Assembly (NCBI RefSeq): GCF_006345805.1
Contig: NC_043003.1
Span: 31,868,001 to 31,932,000 of the forward strand
DNA: 64,000 nucleotides
DNA from: Octopus sinensis
Taxonomy: Eukaryota
Direction of reading: 5' to 3'
In this document: positions 51,868 through 64,000 of the stretch, in pieces
Layout: every line of letters starts with the position of its first letter
Position numbering within the stretch: the stretch's first letter is position 1
Position numbers and translations under genes: made by a program
The notes under the pieces: generated by a model
What the model was told of the DNA's origin: nothing
Seen by the model: only the letters and a program-made list of their open reading frames with translations
The model's database searches: none

Positions 51868-52075
51868 TCTTCACTTTAGGCACAAGGTCTGAAATTTTAA
51901 GAGAGGGAGATAAGTCGATTACATCAACCCCAGTACTTGACTGGTACTTATTTTATCGATCCCGAAAGGATGAAGGGCAAGGTCAGCCACAGCGTAATTT
52001 TAACTCAGAACGAAAGGATGGAAGAAATGACCCTAAGCATTTTCCTGGGGTGCTAACGATTCTGCAAACTCGTCG
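51868..52075 (-). mobile_element. Meta/MESC-like SINE
   Basis: ctggtacttattttatcgatcccgaaaggatgaagggcaaggtc. Confidence 0.75.
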
Positions 52076-52499
52076 AATTAATTATATTAACTCATAATAA
52101 AAGCTGTTTTTGCTGGTTCATCTCTAAATTACAAGATGCATGCCACCGAATGTTATTTCCTAACTGTAATTAAAATGCATCTTTTTAAAACTTTGAAAAA
52201 ACCTCACGGGTCCCATGAACTAGTTTTGTCGGACGACAGAAATCTAAGAATCGCAGGTGCTGGTTATTTGATAGCAACGACGTAAACAGATGGCTGTGCG
52301 TTTACATTATTTTTGATTGGTTGTGCGCTAACCTTACTTTATGTATTTTAGTAAGTTTCCACTCCGTTGGTTCGTCTATATATCAGTTCATTAGGAATGA
52401 AAAAACCAATTTCCTTATGCATCAAGTTTGACAGACATTAACTCTAAAGCTTTATCTTGACAATTCTTTGTTTTAAAACATTGAAGAGTTATATCATCA

Positions 52500-52980
52500 C
52501 TTTTCGAAATGCAATTCATTATATTGTGAATTTTCTCCGAGAAATAAATTTTTGTGTACGATTGATAGATTAAAAATTCGAGTTATTAATGAATAAAACT
52601 TCTGTCATGGAACCAATGCATTCCAGACAGATCGAAACATCAATGAGATGTTTGGTGAAGATGTGGCGAATGAGGGCACTGGTTTAAAGAGTTGCAGTCT
52701 AGTGATTTTATTCTTGAAATTCAGCCCCGAGAGACCAAGTCTGCTAATGATGAGCTGAGACCAAGGTAGATAATGTTGAGCTGGAAACTGTAGTGGAAGT
52801 GGATACATCTCAAACTACGCGTGAGTTAGCAGCAATGTTTCATGTTTCGATTCCAACTGTATTGGGCCATCTGAAATAAATCAGCAAGGTAATGGAGCTG
52901 GGCAACTGGGTACCACACTAACTGAACCAAACATCAAATGACAATCATCTTGAAACTTACTGTTCTTTGCTGTCACCAGG
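52500..52980 (+). mobile_element. Decayed mariner 5' fragment (HTH region)
   Basis: HGTNAFQTDRNINEMFGEDVANE..; later tgggtaccacac (WVPH motif). Confidence 0.65.
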
Positions 52981-53902
52981 CGAACCAGGTTTGCATCGTA
53001 TAAGCATCGAATAAGCAAAAAATTCTCTGTACTAAATATTTGGCAGTATTTAGATCCGGCAATCTGTACAAGATGCCCAGTATATACTGATGATTTGACC
53101 TTCTAAAAACAACAGAAATACAAGAGCCAATGAAAGGCAGTTTATGCAGTCGATACACCTGCCAGAAATAGAGACTCGGTACACTCGAAATACATCTTAC
53201 CGTGGAAAAACCATCAGGCGTTATTGATTATATTAAATATAAAAAATCGATGTAATCATCACAGATAAAATATATTTTCCCTTAACGTAGTCTTGATGAT
53301 AAGTCACAAAAACGCAATATATATATATATATAACCTTACACATATGTACACTGTTTATGCCTGTCTGTCTGTCTGTCTGTCATTGACTACTTGTCTGTC
53401 TTACAAGGACCAAGTAGAAAGTTACTCGCTTTGTGATCAAGAGTGCACTAAACCTCATGTGTGCGTATGTTCATATTTTTGCGGAGGTTTGTATGACCGA
53501 GTGTACTCGCGCCATGAAGCTTGTCCAAGGGGGTTTGTACATCCATATTTGTTAACGGTTATTTGTAATGCTTTTCCCGCTGGATTGCGTGTTCGTTTCT
53601 CTTTTTTGCCATGTTTAATTTTATTTCTGATCTATATAAACGAAGATATTTCCTCCGTCTCCCTGTTTTTTGTTCTACAAAACGGGAAGTTACATTGCAG
53701 AACAGTTATTTTAAAGAGTTGTATTTATTTATTACCCGACAAGATACACCCGCACCGCCGGATGCTCCTGAACCAATTGTTGAGTGTCCCACCCATGAAG
53801 AATCGATGGTAGATGCGTCGAAACAATTGTCGTGATTAATAATAAATGATCGTATATTCCATCTTCCGTCTTTCATTTGACATATATATGTATATGCATA
53901 TG

Positions 53903-53980
<78 letters not shown>

Positions 53981-54023
53981 CAAAGAGAGAGTGAGAGAGA
54001 GAAAGAGAGAGAATGAGAGAGAG

Positions 54024-54833
54024 AGGGTGCGGTGTATAAACTATCGTCTTAATTACGCAAAAATGAAAATAACACTCACATCTCACTTTAACAGGTATAT
54101 TTACCAAAATTACATAGAAAGATCTTGAAATACTAATCTCCTGCAACTCTTCTGGACGGTCCCCTTGTATAAGTTGGTGAATGTTGTCATAATCTTTGAC
54201 TTCAGTTTATCTTTGTTGTTACACTGGGTTTTGTTGGTCTCTTGCTCAACTGCACCCCTCACATGACAATCAAGATGGTTGCGGTCTGGGTAGTTAAGTG
54301 GCCAGATATCGGGTGATGTGGTCGCAGAAATTGTCTGACAGCCATGACTGGTTCCTCCTCCTCGTGAGACATGGTGCAGAGCCGTGCTGCGAAACATAGG
54401 GTCTTCCAGCAGCCACTCTCTTGGCCCAGAGCAGCACTACCACCTCCAAGCACTTGATATAGGCTTCCTTGCTGATTCTGAGGCCGTGTGGCAAGATGAG
54501 TGGAGGCATAACGTTGCCATCATTAGTGATCACCCCAAACACCATGATGTTGACTGGATGTTTAGTTTTTATCACTCTCGGTACATGTGTTAAGATTGCA
54601 GTTTTCAGACTGAAACCGAAATACTCTGAAATGTTCGTATTGGAGCTTCCTACGTTTCCAAAGTCGTTTCCAAATTTCTGGCAGAGTGAAATGCGTCATC
54701 GTGGTGTTTTGTTTTCTCACAGATGGTACCCAGCTGACCCTACTATACTGTGTAGTCCACAAAATCAAAAACAAACAAAGCATATGTGGGAAATTAAAAA
54801 TATAAAATTTCGACAATTTACCCATCGCACCTT
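54024..54833 (-). mobile_element. Internally deleted maT/DD37D-like Tc1/mariner transposon
   Basis: TIRs agggtgcggtgtataaactatcg / cgacaatttacccatcgcacct; TKHPVNIMVFGVITNDG, QHGSAPC, WPLNYPDRNHLD. Confidence 0.8.
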
Positions 54834-54882
54834 ATATATGTGTATGAGCGTGCGTGTATGAGTGTGCGTGTATGTATGTATG

Positions 54883-54916
<34 letters not shown>

Positions 54917-55848
54917 TGTATGTGTGTATGTATGTATGTATGTAAGTATGTATGTATGTATGCATGCAAGTATGTATATATGTATGCATTATAGATATAT
55001 AGAGTGCATCCATAATGCAATTTTAGTTTGTATTTCATTTTGGAGCAAGCGTCTCAATTATATTGTTACATCTGTGCATATTTCCCGGAATGTCATAATT
55101 ACACGCAATTAACCGAATCAGTTATGTTCGGGGTATGTACACACAAATACTCTGTTTAATTTTTAAATGGAGTGTTATTAGACATACTAGCAGTTTTCTC
55201 CAGAGAGAAAGTCCCAAGAGAAAACGCAGAAAGAGAGAGAGAAGGAGACGGATATGAAAGAAAGATATCTGAATATGTTTCATCTAATGCTTGTGTTTCT
55301 CTCTGATGTACAACTTAGTTTCAAAGGAAATATACAACGTAGCCGAGTGGAAAGAAGCTGGATATTAGAACAACCAACACGTTGATTAGAATTATTTGAA
55401 ATACAAAGAAAGTTATAAAAGTATGGTTGAATGACTGTATCGTCAAATAAATTCTAGTACGTTTGCTCGTGTTTTCTACGCTGACTTTATATAATATATT
55501 ACGCAACAAGAAAATCGATATATTGAAATATGGCTTTGTCTACGAATTCATAAATATGACCGTCGTGTAACATTGAATCACCTGCTCTTTATGCAAGTGA
55601 TATAAGATGTTCGGTAGAATTACATTATCCTTCAATTATATGTGTCTCCACTTCATATTGTAGTAAACTGTAGCAATGAAATGGTAGTAATCAATAAGAG
55701 ATCTGAGGAAAAATATTATAGAAAAAATAGCTTATCTCTTCTCTCTTTTGATGGAGAAAACAAATGTGTTACATGAATTCGCAAAAAAGGCACTCTTCGC
55801 ACACGGACAATAAAGTATTACACCCTCAGTCTCCTACCCAGAGAAAGA

Positions 55849-55882
<34 letters not shown>

Positions 55883-56789
55883 GGAAAGAGAGAGAGAGAG
55901 AAAAAGGAAGAGTATACAAATTACAGTGCAGTGCAGAGACGGGTCTGTGTTCAATATATTAGCAGGTTATTATGCATTTGTCCGACGTTAGCAGTATGCG
56001 TCTTCGTACAATCCCCATGGCAAAAAAAATTACTTGCTGGGTGAACATATGTATAACTCTGGAGTTGTCTTCGATCACATTGTTTACACCTGACGTCTTG
56101 ATACGAGAGGTTGCAGCAAAAGTCAGCGCTATCTATAAGTTCTGTAGAATATCTATAGAAATAATCTTAACAAAATAGTATAACTAAGGCTTCCAGAAAA
56201 TGTGTGCGCGTGTGTTTTTGTACACGGTTGTGTGTGTATATTTACATTTGTATTTAAAAGAACCTTATGATGTTGGACGATACTGTCATCTATTTTCTGT
56301 TTACTACTTCCCAGTCAATATGGCAGATATCCTCTGATACCTGGACTCAGTTATATTATCACGAATAAATCTCTGAATACAGGACAGGAAAACCTCACTA
56401 ACAGTATCTAAGAGAAAAATTCTTAAGTTCAGTACCACGTTGAAGGACTGTCAAGCACCCCAACACTTTCTGTGACATCAGGGACAAAATAGATGAAGAA
56501 AATTAAACGAAGAGTGTATTAGCTCCATATGAAAACTCTGTCGTTATGTATGGTCTCACATTGACGTGTGCCATCCTCGAATAATGTTTACAGTTATCAT
56601 AAAACTGAGATCAAAGAAAAATGACTGCAGGGATTGAGGTGGATGTAGGAAAAAGAGGAAGAATTTCCGTTGTATTCTTCGAAGATGAGAGGAAAGATAA
56701 TATGTATAGATACATGCATGAATGCGTTCATATATACATACACATATACATATTTACTTCAAATATACTAACATACATGTATGTATAAA

Positions 56790-58037
56790 CAGGAGTTGAA
56801 CAAGATAATGGAAACACCTTAAAATTTAAAACAAATTCATTTTAATATAGCGTAGGATCTCCTTTGGCAGTAATTACAACCTGAATTGTACAAATTATGG
56901 ACTCGTACAAAGTTTGAACTGTTTACAAAGGAATTTTTGTTCATTCTTCAGCTAAAACAGGCTCCAGGTCTTGTAGTGATGGTAGTGGAGGATATCGACA
57001 CCTTACTTGTTTTTCTAAAGTGCACCATAAATGTTCAATAATATTGAGATTTGAGGACTGTGATGTCCCAGATAAGATGTTCAACTTCACTAGAATATTC
57101 CTTGTGCCATTCAGTTGCAACTTTAGCTGTAGGGATTTGTGCACAATCATCCTGAAAGATTGCATTTCCCTCCGGAAACATGTCCGCAATCATAGACTAG
57201 ATTTGATCAGATAAAATGCTTAAATAAAATGCTTAAATAATTCTTCCATGAAGGGAAAACATTGGACTAGAGGACTTCTGAGATATAGACTCCGCTCCTT
57301 GATCATCACAGATCCTCTTCATTGTTTAATAGTTGGAAGAATGCAGCCTGAGTCAAATGCTTCTTTTGGCGATCTTCACTTGTATACTCGGCTGGTGATC
57401 GGAAATAAGGTAAAGGATGACTTGTCCGAGAAAATAGCATTCTTCCACTGCTCTAGGGACCAATTCTTTAGGTTTTTACTCGACTCTAAACAGTTTGTCA
57501 AATTTGTTTTTGAGAACAGTGGTTTTCTGATTGCAGCCCTTCTTTGAAATCCGACTTTGTCCAGCAATTGGCGAACAGTTTTTGTGGAAACTGGGTCATT
57601 AAACACTGCATTAATTTTGGGAGGTGTAATTTTGTGATACTTTCTAACAATTCGCGTAAGAGTCCGACGGTCCCTATCTGAAAGTTTGGGAGTTATGTTT
57701 CGACGAGGAAACTTTTCCCTCTTTATCAAAGGCTGTCATTACTTTCGCGACAGTACTTCTAGAGATACAAAACATTTCAGCTGTTTATGCTACGCTAGCG
57801 CATGTCACACAAGCACCAAGAATTATATTTCTTTGAAAATCCGATAGATCACTCATTTTAATGAATTTTAATTACCTTTTTCTGATGATATCTAAAAAGA
57901 AACAGCAATTTTAGCAAAACATATTAAGCAACACTAATAATAAATAAGAAAACATAAAAATAAACAAACGTTTAACGGCTTTTTAGTTATTTCCAAATTA
58001 TGATGCTATAATGTTTGCATTATTTTGTCCAACCCCG
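56790..58037 (-). mobile_element. Tc1-like transposon with both TIRs, decayed transposase
   Basis: TIRs caggagttgaacaagataatggaaacac / atgtttgcattattttgtccaaccccg|ta; KLSDRDRR, WKNAIFSDKSSF, SSNLNIIEHLW. Confidence 0.88.
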
Positions 58038-58241
58038 TATGTATGTATGTACGTACATTTGCATGTTTGTATGTATGTATGCATGTATGCATGTATGTAT
58101 GTATGTATGTATGTATGTATGTATATATGGATATTTCCATGCATGTATGTATGCCATTATTCAGCTTTATTTCAAGATTTCCTCCCAACAGAGAAAGGCT
58201 CACTTTCTAACTTAATGCAATGCTCCATCATTGGAAATTCC

Positions 58242-58288
58242 CATCAACACATCAAGACATCAACACATCAAGACATCAACACATCAAC
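58242..58288 (+). repeat. 16-bp tandem repeat, ~3 copies
   Basis: (catcaacacatcaaga)n. Confidence 0.75.
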
Positions 58289-58862
58289 AGAATAGTTATC
58301 TATCCATGCATGAGTGTGTGTATGTGTCTATGTATTTATTTACATATTTTCATGTATATAGGTGTATATCTAGACATGCTCGTATATACTTAAATGATAT
58401 GCTTCCGAAAAGTTTTATCGATTTTTACAGCTCCGGTGATAGCTTGCATTTATAGTTTTCGAATCAGCTTCCTCTTTTCTGGTTTTGATGTATGTATATT
58501 CATATGTATTTCTCTCTATCTTTTACTTGTTTCAGTCATTGGATTGCAGCTATGCGAGGGAAGTTTTGAAGAATTTAATCAAGAAACTTACCGACTCTAC
58601 TTATTCTTTAAAGCCTGATATTTATCCAGTCGGTGACTTTTACCAACCCGCTATGTGACTGACATTTAAACAAAGCATAGTCGTTTGTCAGACGGTTAGT
58701 GGACACCCCACCAGGCACAAACAGGTACACATAAACCCCCACACATGCATTCTTGGCGATTTCTTTTCATTCTCTGAATTTGTCCTTTTCTCCTTGTCGA
58801 CAAAGAGCTATGCTCGAAACGTAAAACTTTCTTTTTTCACCGAGCGGTAACAAAACGATAAC

Positions 58863-58942
58863 AATTTCGATGACTGCCTACATGGTAAACAAAACGATAA
58901 ATATTTATCGTTTTGTTTACCATGTAGGCAGTCATCGAAATT
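58863..58942. repeat. Perfect 80-bp palindrome, no spacer
   Basis: aatttcgatgactgcctacatggtaaacaaaacgataaat|atttatcgttttgtttaccatgtaggcagtcatcgaaatt. Confidence 0.95.
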
Positions 58943-58969
58943 TTTGTTTGTCTTGTTGTCGAGAGAGGC

Positions 58970-59066
58970 TTCCTTTCTTTCCTGATGAGAAGATTGCATA
59001 ATGCAGCCTTTATTCCTTTGGAATGAAAACATGTTGTCTTCGAAACATATGTCGAGAGTAAAGGAA
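58970..59066 (+). ncRNA. Type I hammerhead ribozyme (family of 29464), in PLE pseudo-LTR 58970-59265
   Basis: ttccttt-ctttc-CTGATGA-gaaga..tcttc-GAAAC-atat-GTC-gagag-t-aaaggaa. Confidence 0.9.
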
Positions 59067-59309
59067 TTTTATTAACATCTTCGTTTGACTCCATTCTTTC
59101 ATTTATTCATATAGAACACACAAATTTCTGCACATGAACCCGGAGTTTCTACCCTTGGAGGGGTCGCTTCAACCGTGTTTCTGACGTGAATTTGCTACCC
59201 AGGTTTCGGTTAAACGAATTTTCTATGCTGACGATAAACATAGGATAATTCATTCACCTATTTAATATATACATATATATATATACACACATATATATAT
59301 ATGTATATA

Positions 59310-59371
<62 letters not shown>

Positions 59372-59415
59372 TATATATGTATATATATGTGTATATATAT
59401 ATATATATATAATAT

Positions 59416-59870
<455 letters not shown>

Positions 59871-59877
59871 GAATGTA

Positions 59878-61180
59878 CAGGGTAGGGTGAATAAATTGTC
59901 GTCTAAAATATGCAAAAATGCAAAAAGCATTGACATCTCACGTTAACAGGTATATTTACCAAAATAGCATTAAAAATCTTTAAATATTAAAGAGTACATA
60001 ATAAATATTGAAATATTAAAGTGTAAATTCAACAAAATCGATGTAGGCTTCAAGCATGGACTCCAGACAACTTCGGAATCTCCTGCAATTCTTCTGGACG
60101 TTTTCACTGTCTTCGTTTGTGAATTCTGCTATAATTCTCGCCTTCAGTTCATCTCAGGTGTTGCAAAGAGTTTTGTTGGTCTCTCGCACAACTGCGTACC
60201 CCACATTATAATTAAGGAGGTTGCAGTTTGATGGCCAGATGTTAAGGGCGGTGTGGACGCAGAAATTGTCTGATTAGGTTCTCCTACTTGTTTGGCATTG
60301 TGCACTCCTGTTACCAGACATACTGTCTTCCAGCAGCCACCCTCTCGACCCATAGAAGCGTTACCTCCTCTGGGCCCTTAATGTAAGCCTCCATGTTGAG
60401 TCTGAGGCCGTGTAGGAAAATGAATGGAGGCATAACGTCGTCATCACTAGTGATCACCTAAACAACGTGACGTTGAATGGATGGTTGATTTTCATCACTC
60501 TCGGTGCATGTATTGTGGACATGGCAAGACAACGGTTGTTCTGTGCGTTCGCCATATGATCCTGGCAGAAATTTGTCTCGTCTGAGAAAAATCAAAGCAT
60601 GTTCTGTTGGAGGGAATGCTTTAGTTTGTTCAAAAGCTTGGTAGCGCCGTCTTTCTTCTAGTCTTTGATGGCTTGGGATGAAAATTGGCCCTTTCATATC
60701 TTGTATGAGGAATCCCGAATGTCTTCATGAATTACCTGCCTGATAAGACACTCATACACTTCCATCTCCCTGACGAGCGGCCTAATTGACATGGAGGGAC
60801 CGTTATTAATCATGGCCGGGATGTCACGAACAAATTCAGGAAATATTTTTCTCATCAGAACGATCACATTGAGTTTTTCGAGGTGCTGTACCTACGTAAT
60901 CCCCAATACACCCACCCAACTCTTTCCGAATTCTCTGCACTGTCCACAGATTGACACACAAAATCTGAAATGTTCCTACCTGAGGTTCCGGTGCGAATGC
61001 CAAGCATTACAGCATGTCGTTTCAAACTTTCTAGTAGATTCTTTCGTGTCATGTGCCATTCTTCTCAGATACGGTGCGCAACTGACTCTTATTTTGTGTA
61101 ATCGACAAAATCAAAAACAAACAATGAGCATGCGCGAAATTTAAAATGTAGTATGGTAACAATTTACATATCTCACCCTG
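59878..61180 (-). mobile_element. maT/DD37D-like transposon, near full length, decayed
   Basis: TA|cagggtagggtgaataaattgt..acaatttacatatctcaccctg|TA; related to 54024-54833. Confidence 0.82.
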
Positions 61181-61269
61181 TATATGTATATAAATATATG
61201 TATATATATGTATATACATACACACATACAAACATACATATATATATATGTATATATATATATTTTTTT

Positions 61270-61595
61270 TTCTAGTTTCAACTCAGAGCTGCGGCCATGC
61301 TGATGCACCGCCGTTTTGTTCTACACTGTTATTGCGACGAACTTCGTCTAATATGTGGCACTTGGTGAAGAATGGAGTTTGATACAGCTACTCTCATTTG
61401 CACCTCATGCCGTGAGGTAGGTTCATCTGGGACTCTTGACAGGAAGATGTCCAGCTTTGATTTAAAAACCGCTACATCTACTTTGTGCAAGTTACTCAGA
61501 CTCTTTGGGAGAATATTAAAAAGCTGTGGGCCCTTGAAACCCAGGCTGTTGCGGAAGCTGGTCCTGAAGCGTGATGGCATTGCTGGGATCTTTGG

Positions 61596-61598
<3 letters not shown>
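61270..61598 (-). mobile_element. 3' fragment of CR1/L2-group LINE
   Basis: NSLGFKGPQLFNILP..FKSKLDIFLSRVPDEPTSRHEVQMRVAVSNSILHQ; tail ggcggtgcatcagcatggccgcag..gaaactag-polyA. Confidence 0.78.
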
Positions 61599-61638
<40 letters not shown>

Positions 61639-62616
61639 ATATATATAATTACATAAAAATAAATATAATAATTGCGCCACATGCTAGAAGTAGACGCCAA
61701 ATCTCTCTTACAACTCTATTATTTACTTCATTAGCACGGTTTGAAAGTGAAGAGAGTGAACCGAGAATTTTTTTTTTATGTTAAAGGCTTAGCCAGAGAT
61801 CGATTTCTAGTTTAGAGATAGAAAACGTATGGTATGACAAATCGTATATAATTATAAACATTTTTACATACCTATGTGAATAACAGTGTATCTACAAGTA
61901 TATATACAAATTTTCACACTTATATACAAGCTATATCTAATTCATTCACCTCCGCAACTTCTTTATACGACCAGAAAGTATCCCGGAGTGAATATATTGG
62001 TCGGAGTTATTTATATTTTATGTAATTGAGGATAAAATCTTTATAATTTTTTTATCAAGTTGCCAGCAGGTAATAAAACCATATAGGTAAAAGTTAATAC
62101 AAATATATAATTATATAAATATAATTATAATAAGGGTGGTAATGAATCGCCAGATGGCTCTAACAACTACATTATTAACTCCATCTTCACGGGAGGTGGG
62201 GCACAGAGTTAGAGCAAGAGAAAATATTTACAGATGTTCAAGGGAGACAAATGTATTAAAACAGAGGGAGAGAGAGATGGATGAATAGATAGAGCGTTGC
62301 AAATTTTAATGTTAAATTCAAAACATACCAACTTGGTAGCAATTGCCAATAAATGATATATTTTATAGTAAATATATTTTATTTGGGTTTATCTAGCATC
62401 AAATCGATCGCGAAAATTACATGCGACTTCACAACCATTTATTGCCACACTCTAGATCACGTTGCATGATTAACAGTTGGAATCCGATGTAAAATGTGAT
62501 TGGAAAACCACTTGAAGACTCTACAACTGGTGTTCAAAAACAGTTGCATGTTTTCATTTTCTAATAGTGAAGTATTTCATGTTAATATGAAATATATATG
62601 ATGGTATATAAGGATG

Positions 62617-62647
<31 letters not shown>

Positions 62648-62666
62648 AATTATATATATACACACT

Positions 62667-62702
<36 letters not shown>

Positions 62703-62715
62703 CGTATGTATATAA

Positions 62716-62746
<31 letters not shown>

Positions 62747-62945
62747 ATATATATAATTGATTAATAAGGGTGATATAATTAGATACTAATTTAATAGTAT
62801 CTCGATTCAACACCAAGTGGCCCAGTGCACAGAGAAACCTGGATTATTATATTATAATTTTATAATATATTATAATATTTTATACATAAGTAAATATAAG
62901 AGTAAATATTTACTTACTTATATAATATATATATATATATATATA

Positions 62946-63001
<56 letters not shown>

Positions 63002-63079
63002 TACACGCATACACACATATATTATGTGTGTGCATACATTGAATAACTAATATGATTTGAATGAAAACTTGTTAAAATA

Positions 63080-63500
63080 CTATGAGACTTTACTGATTCC
63101 CTTGCTCCATAAAACCCATATTGTAGACCAATAATATATTTACCGTAATACATCTCTAACCACTAACGGGATGGCTTTTCGTCTCGAATGTAATAACATC
63201 TTTTCAATGCGTTTAACTGCGTATCACAAAAGAAAGTATGAAAATGTAGTTGTCAATGAACTGATTAGGACCAAAATCAAAATTGCCTTCACATGGGCCG
63301 CCAATTCAAAATATCAGGATATCGTAGTTTTGAAGTTACGGGCAACGCGAATGTGATGTTAAAGCCGATAAGGAGCAAAATGTAAAGCAAAAATATTTTG
63401 TTGGCAAGGGAAAATTACACGGCTCGTAGAGGAGACTGAATACTTGAACTGTGTCTTCGTGAACAATGTCTGAATTTTGAGAGTTGGCACTCACAAACTT
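63080..63500 (-). mobile_element. Possible highly decayed LINE RT remnant
   Basis: Minus fragments LNWRP and QYGF in roughly the expected order. Confidence 0.25.
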
Positions 63501-64000
63501 CGAACATAGGTGATCTTTCGGTGTTTCTTATAGTTCAGCAAGGATTGCACAAAGAAGCTTTTTTGTTTATGTAGAGAAGCAATTAGATCTCCAGTTATGC
63601 AACTATCCGCTCTTTACACCGAGGATCATATCAAAAAGAGATCGAAGGGCCATTAAGTGTGAAAGAGGTTATATGTTAGTGCAATCATCAACACCCAATC
63701 AATAGGAAGAATGGCAACAATCCACTATCTGGCGGTTTCGCTAATACTCCTCCATGCATGTGTACGTTCTTTGAACCAAGAAGATTTAAACAAGAGAATC
63801 AGAAAGTCAGCGGGAACGGAGTGTAGGTCATTAAGTGATGCTTTAATGACTTTCTCAATTCACGATCAGAAACACAGAGGGGAACAAAAGCATATGAGCT
63901 GAGAACTTGCACATTGCCTTCATACATGTGGCAACATGTCAAGTAGCTTACATTCACGGTGACCCATTAGCTGCAGAGTTCTCCAAGAAGTTACATCTAT

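Noticed and set aside
57880-57910. ctgatga..gaaac inside the Tc1 element
   Set aside because: No stem II and no cleavage triplet

Overview
This is AT-rich eukaryotic DNA, not prokaryotic. The dense (TA)n/(TAA)n/(TATG)n microsatellites and the repeat spectrum suggest an octopus or other cephalopod intergenic or intronic region (inference). I cannot support any host protein-coding gene, and most ORFs in the track are microsatellite artefacts. The window is a stack of mobile-element remnants: tRNA-headed SINEs, three tandem R4/Dong-type RLE LINE pieces in TAA repeats, Tx1-, CR1/L2- and RTE-like LINE pieces, Tc1/mariner/maT transposons, and Helitron/Helentron pieces. It also holds many Penelope-like element (PLE) derivatives. 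The most notable signal is about 10 type I hammerhead ribozyme (HHR) motifs from several unrelated families, read by eye. Most lie in elements with outward-facing inverted 3' ends in or beside (TA)n tracts, and two lie downstream of GIY-YIG endonuclease coding sequence. One family joins a tRNA-derived Pol III head (A/B boxes) to an (AAT)n spacer and a minimal HHR. It occurs as a ~600-bp head-to-head palindrome (11973-12572) and is a candidate Pol III-driven, PLE-mobilised 'SINE-retrozyme'.
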